The notes below the pieces were generated by a model that made no database searches, had not been told where the DNA came from, and saw only the letters and a list, made by a program, of their open reading frames with translations. Below are positions 9,001 through 18,004 of a stretch of DNA of 64,000 bases, in pieces. Each line of letters begins with the position of its first letter. Within the stretch, counting starts at the first letter, position 1. The stretch comes from Naegleria gruberi (Eukaryota). A program made the translations under genes and the position numbers. Where the stretch lies: assembly GCA_000004985.1 (NCBI GenBank), contig GG738875.1, one strand, 5' to 3'.

Positions 9001-11921
9001 TGGGTGGTGATGAAATTGATGTTGATCCGAAATTCAAACTCTACATGTGTACCAGAATTTCCAATCCTCATTACACTCCTGAAATTGCCAGTAAGACAAT
9101 TATTATCAACTACAGTGTTACTGAAGAAGGTTTAGAAGAACAATTATTGAATATTGTAGTCAATCATGAAAGACCAGAACTTGAAGAAGCAAGAAGAGAA
9201 TTGGTTCAAACAATGTCTGAAAGCAAGACTTTACTTCAACAATTGGAAGCAAAAATTTTGAAGGAATTGAACTCTACAGGAGGTGGTTCCCTTATTGATA
9301 ATGTTGAATTGATTCATACTTTAGAAGAAACTAGAAACAAAGTACGTGAAATCAACACAAAGATCATTCAGACAAAGCAAAACGAGAAAGAAAACTTTAA
9401 GGCTAGACAAGGCTATAGACCTGCTGCAAAGAGAGGTACTATTCTCTACTTTGTCATGTCCAGTTTATCAAATATTAACTCTATGTATGAATATTCATTA
9501 TCTTCATTCTCACAAGACGTCTTTGAAACTTCATTGTCAAGAAGTCAACCTTCAAGAATGTTAGAAGGTAGATTGGATAATATTGTTGACTACTTGACCA
9601 AGTCAGCATATAGTTATACATGTGCTGGTTTGTTTGGTGTGCACAAACTTTCATTCTCTCTCCAAATTGTTCTCAAGATTATGGATAGTGAAACTAGACT
9701 TAATCAAGCTGAACTTGATTTCTTCCTCAAGGGTGATCTAACAATTGGTCTTGAAACTCCAAATCCATGTGAATGGTTATCTGAAAGCAGTTGGAAAGAT
9801 TTGTTAGCCCTTTCAAAGATTTGCGAAAACTTAAAGGGATTATCTGAAGACGTTACCAATAATTCTTTATGGAAAGAATGGTATGACCATGCTGAGCCAG
9901 AAGCTTTACCTCTTCCAAACGAAAAATATCAAAGTGTTGTTACTCCATTCCAACAAATGTGTATTCTTCGTTGTTTGAGACCTGACAGAATTGTAGTTTC
10001 TGCAACCAAGTTTATTGCAGATGAGATGAAGAATGAATATTTTGTCAAACCACCTGTTCTCACTTTTGAAAATATCTTTAGTCAAAGTTCCAAGCTTTCA
10101 CCAATTGTTTGCATGATCAGTCCTGGTTATGACCCAGCAAATGACATTATCAAACTTTCAAATGAACTTGATAAGAGAGTCAAGTATATTTCTCTTGGTG
10201 AAGGTCAAGGTGAAAAAGCCCTTGCTTTGCTTGAAAAAGGTATTTCTAAAGGCATGTGGGTTCTTCTTCAAAATTGTCATTTGTTGGTTGATTGGATGAA
10301 GAATGTTGAACACATTTTAGAAAAACTTGAAAAGGATAAGGTTCATGATGAATTTAGACTCTGGTTAACAACTGAAGTTACTCCAAAATTCCCTATTGGT
10401 ATTCTTCAACGTTCTCTTAAGGTTGTCACAGAGCCTCCAAACTCTTTGCAACTTAACATGAAATCAACATTTTCTAATATTTCTGATCCAGAGTTAGATG
10501 AATGTCACCACAAATCTTTCAGACCATTAGTTTATGTTCTGTCTTATTTCCATGCTGTTATCCAAGAAAGAAGAAAGTATGGTAAAATTGGTTGGAATAT
10601 TCCATATGATTTCAACAAGTCTGATTTTGATGTCAGCTTCAGTCTTATTAGAACATATTTGAATAAGGCATCAATGTATAATGATCCAATTCCATGGGAC
10701 AGTCTCAAGTACCTTGTTGGTGAAGCTATGTATGGTGGTAGAGTTACAGACAAGTTTGACAGAAGAGTTCTTACTACATATCTCAATGAATTTATGGGTG
10801 ACTTCTTGTTTGATACCTTCCAACCTTTCCGTTTCTACGAAGATGAAAGTGTTTGTTATGAGTTACCACCAATGGAAAGAGAAAAGCTTATCGGAAAACA
10901 AAATATGATTGTTCCACTTGCTGTAGAAGATTTCTCTGAATTTATTGAGAGGAACGTTAAGCTTACAAACTCTCCAAGCGTTTTTGGTTTGCATCCTAAT
11001 GCAGAAATTGGTTACTTGACCAATTCTACATCTAATTTGTGGAGTGATCTCATATCTTTACAAATTGGTGTATCTTCTCATGGTGGTAAAGGAACTGGTG
11101 ATGAATATATCAAATCAGCCCTCAGCATTATCCCAGAACCATTTGATAAGGAAGAAATTCAATCAAAGATTCTTCAAAAGTCAAGCAAGCTCACTCCAAT
11201 TAATGTAGTCTTACTTCAAGAAATTGATAGATGGAATGCTCTAGTAGCAGTTATGAAGAGATCATTAATTGATTTGCAAAAGGCTTTGGCTGGTGAAATT
11301 GGTATGAGTGAAGAACTTGAAAATTTGAGTAATTCCATTAATATTGGTATAGTTCCTCAACTCTGGAAGCAAATGGCACCACCAACAAGATTGAATTTAT
11401 CTTCATGGTTAGAACATTTCAAGGAAAGATATAGTCAATATGTTGATTGGATTAAGTATGGTGAAGATCCTGTTGTTATTTGGTTGAGTGGTTTGCATGA
11501 ACCAGTTTCCTACATCACTGCTCTTATTCAAATGACATGTAAGAAATACAAATGGCCTCTCGATCGTACAACTATTACAACTAGAGTTACAGAGTACAGA
11601 GCCTCACATCAAGTCAAAGAAAAGCCTCAAGATGGTTGTTATGTGCGAGGTTTATTCTTGGAAGGAGCTGCTTGGGACTTGAAGAATAGATGTCTTAAAA
11701 CACAAAATCCAAAACAATTGAGAGAAGAACTTCCTATTCTTGAAATTATTCCAACAGAAAACTCCAAAGTCAAATTACAAAATACTTTCAATGCACCTGT
11801 TTATTATACTCCAGATAGAAATGATGGTGGTAATAAGGGATTGGTATTTGAAGCTAATCTCCAAACTGATGAACACGAAAGTATTTGGACCTTACAAGGT
11901 GTTGCAGTAACAATGACTTAA
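1..11921 (+). CDS. Dynein heavy chain, probably an axonemal inner-arm type. The gene is truncated at its 5' end: the frame is already open at nt 3, and the first in-window Met is at 63.
   Basis: A single uninterrupted exon of more than 3,950 codons. The AAA1 P-loop reads GPAGTGKTE. It also has [40 protein letters not shown], further P-loops ([24 protein letters not shown]) and a coiled-coil stalk. The [10 protein letters not shown] motif and the length of about 2,660 aa after P-loop 1 favour an axonemal single-headed dynein over a cytoplasmic one. The stop is TAA at 11919-11921. Confidence 0.9.
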   Translation, partial: [3972 protein letters not shown]

Positions 11922-11969
11922 ATAAACAAATAATTTCATTAATTCATACTCCTATTAAAAATCATATTA

Positions 11970-12149
11970 TTACACTCTATACCAATAGTTTTCACAAAAT
12001 TGTTTCGAATAGTGTAGATATATCCTGTGGGCAACAATCTTTTCGGCAAGTGCTGATTTCTTTCCTTTAGACTTGATTCTCAAACTTTTGCAAATTTCGA
12101 CCAATTCCTCTTTCCTCTTCTTGATCAATTCTACTGTTTCTTCTGACAT
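11970..12149 (-). CDS. Small ORF of 59 aa with a SAP-like motif (ELVEICKSLRIKSKGKKSALAEKI).
   Basis: The ATG at 12149-12147 is preceded by an A-run. The ORF matches the SAP helix-G-x-K-helix spacing (G15/K17/L20). It converges on the dynein stop 49 nt away. It is short, so it could be chance. Confidence 0.3.
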   Translation of the reverse strand: MSEETVELIKKRKEELVEICKSLRIKSKGKKSALAEKIVAHRIYLHYSKQFCENYWYRV

Positions 12150-12265
12150 TCGTTTTTTTTATTGTTAAAAATTTTTTTAATAGTTTTGCTTCAAATAGAA
12201 ATTGGGAACTTGTAAAGTTATTTTTAAAGAATTAAGGCATTGACAACGTAAAATTTGAAAAAAAA

Positions 12266-14437
12266 ATGTGGAAGGCCCCGACGCAAACGTTTGTTAAATC
12301 AAACTCTTACGGCCTTTTCTTTTTGCCAACAAAAGTCAGATTTAACCAAGTTAATCTTAGGGTTGTTAAACAAACAAATAACGTTAACTATCCCCAACCT
12401 CTAAGCTTTACGAACAATATGACATTTCCCAACAAACAATATTTTGAAGGCGAGGATTTGATGAATATGATGGATCAGGTTGCAAGGAAGATGAAGGATG
12501 TTACTGAAAAGCCTAAATGTAAACAAGTGTTGAATACCTATCGCACAGAGAGCCACGTACAAATATACAGATTTCTAGCCTCTGTTATGAATCAACTCCA
12601 ACACAATGAGTACAAAGATTGTAGAGGTCTAAATTCCCACACACTCATTGGACGAAGAGGAATTGGAAAAACAGCAACTCTCACCAATATATCTTTAGCC
12701 GGTCAATTATTGTTTCCAAAAATTATTCCTATTTACATTTCGTATTTGGGTATTCAGAATGATCCGTTCCTTCAACAACACACAGTCATGGAAGTTGTGG
12801 AAATGGTTCTAAATGAGCAGGGTATTCCAGTAGACACACTTGGAGGAAGATTTGTGAACATTATGGAAGCACTTTTTGAAGTAGATAAGCACGTTTTACT
12901 TATTGTGGATGAAATTGATCAATTGTATCAAGTTTGCCCAAATGGCTGGAGTGACACTTTGATTAAATCTTTGGGAGAACTTGCATCTATTGGTGATAAT
13001 GATAGTGGAAGGTTTTCAGCAATTCTTTGTGGCTCCTCTTCAAGAATTTCTTTACTTGTCAATGCCAATGGTAAGAAGGATGAAGTTACAGTGAAAGAGT
13101 TTCCTCTTGTTGCCAGCTCACCAAATTTGAATGGAAACAAGTTTAGAATAAGACGAATCCTTACGAATCCCCCAACTGACATTACAGTTGCTGCTCATAT
13201 CTTAGAATCTGGACTGGTCAATACAAAAAACAAGGCTATGTGTAAAGCTGTTACCTTTATTACTGGAGGTGTTACAAGAGAAATTCAGAGATTACAGTTT
13301 GAAAGAAGAGATGAGACATTCTTCACCTCTCTCCATGTAGAATCTAATCCTAAAGCTTTGGCTACATTATCCTCACCTGCAGGAGAAATTTGGAACAACA
13401 TTTTAGCTTTGCTATTCGAAAAAAACAAAGAATTACTTGAACAATTAGTAGATAAGGATGGGCTTACTGATATGGAAAAAGTAAAGAGTGTAAATTGGGA
13501 ATACCTGTTCAAGCCTTTAAGTTATACTGAACTCAAAGAAAAGATGGGTTCTGTAACCAATTTAGACCATTGGATTTTCCATTTGTTTGACAGAGATTAT
13601 ATTACTGTTTGTGAGATCAATAATGGAAGACCAGATGAAATTTACCCATACTCACTATATATGCTTTTGAGAAGTGGAATGACAGCAAGTACCAAAAGAG
13701 ATGATGCTAAACAAATATCTGCTTTTTTTAGAGGCATTATTTGTGAAATTTCTTCAAGCATCAAGGATCCTAAAAAGATGGGGGGTGTTGTTTTTAATTG
13801 GAGCTTTCGTGGGATAATTGGTTCGGCAGTAAATTCGTTATGAGCATTCTATTTCCAAATATTTTTAATCACCAACCCTAAAGAGAGATTCTAATTCCAA
13901 TAAGAAATCTAGCTCACAAGTTGATGAAATTTCTGCAAGACCTCCAATTAGAAGATCTAAAGTACCAATTCATTACAGTAATAAGGAAAGAACAACAAAA
14001 CATCCATCTTCACATACCTTGAAAAAGATTGAGATTGAAGATCATTGTAAGTTTTACAACATATATCGAATTTGTTGTGAACTTTATTGAAAGGTCCAAA
14101 ATGTGAAAAGAAGATTGAAAAATCTGCATTTGAGTATCATGTAAGAAGATGTAATTCCTCTAAAAATCAACCTAGAAAGTCATCTCTTGATTCAAACTGG
14201 AAATCTAAACATGGATTTTGTTTATCAAGAATAAGAAACAAAAGATTTCTAGTAAAGATAGTGAAATTCCAAAAGATGAATCCATTTAATAAACTCAAAC
14301 CTTGTTCTTATAAAGTACCTAAAATTATTAGAATAAACATGTTGGATCCACTCATCACTCATCTATTCAGCTCATTACTAAATGTATGTTGTTGGAATAA
14401 TGAAAAGGGTTCAAGAACTGTATCCTCCAACACTTAA
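12266..14437 (+). CDS. P-loop NTPase (AAA+-like) with a predicted C-terminal C2HC zinc finger. Proposed model: join(12266..13828, 13884..14046, 14094..14437).
   Basis: Walker A is HTLIGRRGIGKTATL and Walker B is HVLLIVDEIDQLYQ in the 525-aa ORF. A GTAAAT donor at 13829 pairs with an AG acceptor at 13882-13883 (55-nt intron). A GTAAGT donor at 14047 pairs with an AG acceptor at 14092-14093 (47-nt intron). The spliced junction builds the motif C-P-K-C-x3-I-x5-F-E-Y-H-x3-C. The middle exon has no in-frame ATG. Exon 1 coding is secure. The splice model is an inference. Confidence 0.5.
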
Positions 14438-14536
14438 TCAATCAAAAAAAATTACTTAATTTTACAAAATGAGTTTCCATTCGTATTACTGTACATCAAT
14501 ATTTATTTAGAAATTTAAATACAATCGAAAGAGGAA

Positions 14537-15347
14537 TTAATCCTTCTTTAATTCCAAAATTTCAGTTTTGATACCTTCCTTTGTAATAATTAAGATTTCA
14601 ACAGAGTCACCAGTGTAGATATCTCTTTCACCTGCGCTCGTAAAGGCATCCTTAACAATACTTAAACTTTGTTCAAGAGTAAGGTCAGTATTTGGAACCA
14701 AAAGGTGATTCTTGAAAGCAACTTGGTTATCAAGGAGAGGTTGAATAAGAGTTTGACCAGAACCTTGACTTCCTACTTCTACAGATTGATAGGATCCGAT
14801 AGCATCATAACTGAAAACAATTCCTTTTCCATCAGTATCCAAACCAGCAACAAGATTAAATGTATAGTATGGGAAAAATCTACGATTGTACAACATGTTA
14901 GAAAGCATTTGTCCAACAGCAACAACACTCATTGGTTTTCCATGTTGATGTTCATATTCTACAAGTCTCATCTTTAACACTTTGTGTAATGTGGCAGCAT
15001 CAGATTGCATACCAGCGGAAGCAATAACACACTTATCAGTCAATTTACATAATTTAGTTGATTTACGGGTTTGAATTGAATATCCTAAACTCATTCTTGT
15101 GTCAGCAGCTACGATTACATAGTCTGGACCAGGAATAGCAAGTGTAGTACTAAGATCAATTGTATTATCAAAAAAATATTATTGTTGTATAATCATCATC
15201 AGGAGCATTATTAATTTGTACATATTATTCAAGATTACATCAATTTAAATATTCTCAATAGATCATTGAATCAAATAATCGTACTTACCCTCCGTTGTCT
15301 TCGTATGGAGAGAATTTAGGTCTTTCAAATGTATTGGCGTGGAACAT
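14537..15347 (-). CDS. Proteasome beta-type subunit (PSMB1/beta6-like): join(complement(14537..15149, 15289..15347)).
   Basis: Exon 1 encodes MFHANTFERPKFSPYEDNGG. A GTAAGT donor and a 139-nt intron follow. Exon 2 continues TTLAIPGPDYVIVAADTRMS...RRFFPYYTFNLVAGLD...LQPLLDNQVAFKN. The sequence aligns along its whole length with PSMB1. Confidence 0.85.
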
Positions 15348-15667
15348 TTTTTTATAAGTTTTATTTACATTCTCTCTATTAATAGATTACTTTTGCGAAG
15401 CAAGAAAATTTTTCATCACACCATCACAGAATATTTATTTTTTATTTTTAATTTTCTCCTTCCCTTCAACGAATTTCAAGTTAGCTTTTACAATCCGAAT
15501 TGAACTAGATTGCTTCGTCATCAAAAAGTTTACAAAACCCAATGTTGAACACAATGCCATTTCCTAATTGCACACCTTTCCGATAATATAAATTAGATTT
15601 TCCTGATTTTCATGAGATAATTTAAAAAAAACTAATTCAAAAACTGTTTGCACTTGTAAATTAAAAA

Positions 15668-16816
15668 ATGTCTCAAAACACAACAACTGGTGATATTGGT
15701 CAACAAGCTGTCTTTATCAAGACTGATCCATATGAATGCGGTTTATTACAAAAGGAAGTTCGTGGTTATGATTTTAACAATGATTTGAAGGATTTGAACA
15801 AACCAATTGACTATAATGCTCTTCTTGAATCATATTATACTACCGGATTCCAAGCCCACAATTTTGGTGAAGCTGTTAATATTTTGAATGCCATGTTACG
15901 TTGGAGATTGAGTGATGAACCAATGATGGAAAATGAACAAGAACCATATGATGATCCTGAAGTTAGAAAGAATACCAAATGTAAAGTTTTTCTCGGATAT
16001 ACTTCAAATATGGTTTCATGTGGTGTTAGAGAAGTGATTAGATTCTTGGTTCAACATAAATTAGTTGATGCCATTGTTACAACTTGTGGTGCTATTGAAG
16101 AAGATATTATGAAGACAATGCAACCAACTTATTTGGGTGCTTTTGATTTGGATGGTAAAATGTTGAGACTTAATGGTATCAATAGAATTGGTAATTTGTT
16201 GATTGCTAATCAAAACTATTGTAAATTTGAAGATTGGATTACCCCAGTTTTGGATGCCATGTTAGAAGAACAATATAAGGGTAAATTGTGGTCTCCTTCA
16301 CTTATGATTGATAGATTCGGAAAGGAATTGAATAACGAAGATTCTATTTTATATTGGGCTCACAAGAATGAAATTCCAATTTATTGCCCATCCCTTACTG
16401 ATGGTTCAATTGGTGATATGCTCTATTTCCACTCTTATTCTGATAAGAAGGGTGACGGTCTTGTTTGTGACATTGTTAGTGATATTAGAAGATTGAACGG
16501 TCAAGCTGTTCGTGCCAAGAAGACTGGTATGGTTATTTTAGGAGGTGGTGTTATTAAGCATCACATTTGTAATGCCAATTTAATGAGAAATGGTGCTGAT
16601 TTCACTGTTTATATTAATACTGGTCAAGAATTCGATGGTTCTGATGCTGGTGCTAGATGTGATGAAGCTGTCAGTTGGGGTAAGATTCGTCTTGGATCAA
16701 GACATACCAAGATTTATGCTGAAGCTTCTCTTATTTTCCCACTTCTTGTTGCTCAAACATTCGTCAAATATCAACGTGAACAAGAAGAAAAGAAATTGAA
16801 AGAACAACAGCAATAA
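15668..16816 (+). CDS. Deoxyhypusine synthase.
   Basis: Intronless protein of 382 aa. Conserved deoxyhypusine synthase blocks are present: [56 protein letters not shown] and [26 protein letters not shown]. The ATG is in an AAAAAATG context. Confidence 0.9.
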   Translation: MSQNTTTGDIGQQAVFIKTDPYECGLLQKEVRGYDFNNDLKDLNKPIDYNALLESYYTTGFQAHNFGEAVNILNAMLRWRLSDEPMMENEQEPYDDPEVRKNTKCKVFLGYTSNMVSCGVREVIRFLVQHKLVDAIVTTCGAIEEDIMKTMQPTYLGAFDLDGKMLRLNGINRIGNLLIANQNYCKFEDWITPVLDAMLEEQYKGKLWSPSLMIDRFGKELNNEDSILYWAHKNEIPIYCPSLTDGSIGDMLYFHSYSDKKGDGLVCDIVSDIRRLNGQAVRAKKTGMVILGGGVIKHHICNANLMRNGADFTVYINTGQEFDGSDAGARCDEAVSWGKIRLGSRHTKIYAEASLIFPLLVAQTFVKYQREQEEKKLKEQQQ

Positions 16817-16940
16817 AATTAAATTTTTATATTTTAAAAGGAATGAGGTTGGATTGGGTAATTAGCTATTATTTCCATTAAAAGCTATAAATTAAATCTA
16901 GAATGAAATTAAGCTGAATCTCATGCCAAAATTATATAAA

Positions 16941-17491
16941 TTAATGGCTTTCAAAATCAATGACAGCTCTAATAAAGCTATACAAATAGAATCCAAAGAG
17001 AACAACATAGTAAACAATGTGAGCAATTGCTTCCTTCTTTCTCTTTCCGATTTCACGGTACAAATCAGTTGGATCTAATTCAAAACTACGATCGAAATAA
17101 CACTTCAAGTGATAAATAATAACTGGAGCATTAAGAAGAAGGGCCACATAGGTGTTGTTGTAGAAGATGGCCAAAACAAAGCACAAAACAACATGAGTAA
17201 TGTACTCAATCTTCACCATAATATTGACATTCTTACAAAGTGACATACTACTAATTTGGTTTTGTTCATATTCCAAGAAGGTAATTAACTGTATTAATCC
17301 AAATTTTGTTCAAATTTTAAATTCAACAACATTCCGTTCCATACAACAAAAAAATCAATGTTTAGAAAGTTTTCAAACAAGCCAATTTGTATCAATCTTA
17401 TTCTCTTCTCCTCTATACTTACATAGATGCCATTCAAGAATGGGTGGACAATACTGAACAACCACACTAACAACCACAAGATGAAAATCAT
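16941..17491 (-). CDS. Cornichon/Erv14 family cargo receptor: join(complement(16941..17288, 17423..17491)).
   Basis: Exon 1 is MIFILWLLVWLFSIVHPFLNGIY. A GTAAGT donor and a 134-nt intron ending AATACAG follow. Exon 2 contains ...SLCKNVN...LLLNAPVIIYHLKCYFDRSFELDPTDLYREIGKRKKEAIAHIVYYVVLFGFYLY. This matches Erv14/CNIH (LLNLPVLAYN...LDATEIFRTLGKHKRE...FFFYLY). Confidence 0.75.
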
Positions 17492-18004
17492 TTTTTTTTA
17501 AAATTAAATTTCCTATTCTTTTGATGATGTAATCATGTTGGAGCCCACAACTCAATAATACATTAAAATTAGTGTCTATGATGATGATGGCATGTGGCAT
17601 CACGTTGTATTATGAACAAAACATGTAAATTTATTCATCACTCCTCACAATTAAGAAGCCATACATTTTATCTTGTTGATGACATTTGGAATTCAGCTCT
17701 CTCTTTGCCTCTGTTGAGAGATTCAACCTTGTTGAATGAAAGAATACTATTAGGAGATGAGGAGCTTGAAAGTAAACAACTACCTCACTGTAAATTGAAA
17801 TGGTTATTACAGTGGTGATTAGCAAACTAGCAACTCCTGATATTAAAATAATGAACGCTGAATTAATAGATAGATCTAACTGAAAAAAATCAAAATAACA
17901 ACAGTTTCGTTTTGGATTTGAAGCCTGCATACAAGACGAAGAAGAGAAAATGAAATTAATTGTATTATCTTTCCGAAGAGATGTTATTGCTTTGGTCATA
18001 ATTG

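Noticed and set aside
1523-10908. About fifteen short ORFs of 60-130 codons on the opposite strand or in alternate frames inside the dynein exon.
   Set aside because: They are fully embedded in a strongly supported coding exon and show low-complexity, AT-driven composition with no domains. They are shadow ORFs.
63-11921. A ciliate origin, suggested by the AT-rich content, the many dyneins and the short introns.
   Set aside because: The 3,952-codon dynein ORF and every other gene are uninterrupted under the standard code and terminate at TAA. Ciliates that read TAA/TAG as Gln would not look like this.
63-11921. A Dictyostelium-like social amoeba, suggested by the A-run Kozak contexts, poly-N/Q tracts and Ser/Thr-rich proteins.
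   Set aside because: The dynein has axonemal-type motifs ([10 protein letters not shown]) and its length fits a single-headed inner-arm dynein, and dictyostelids lack axonemes. The overall GC content is also higher than the roughly 22% of Dictyostelium. The call remains uncertain.
17631-17999. A 122-codon minus-strand ORF with hydrophobic segments and a possible GTATGC...TTTTCAG intron.
   Set aside because: Its start abuts the SDR gene start at 18002-18005 with no promoter space, and no domain is recognisable. There is not enough support to call it a gene.
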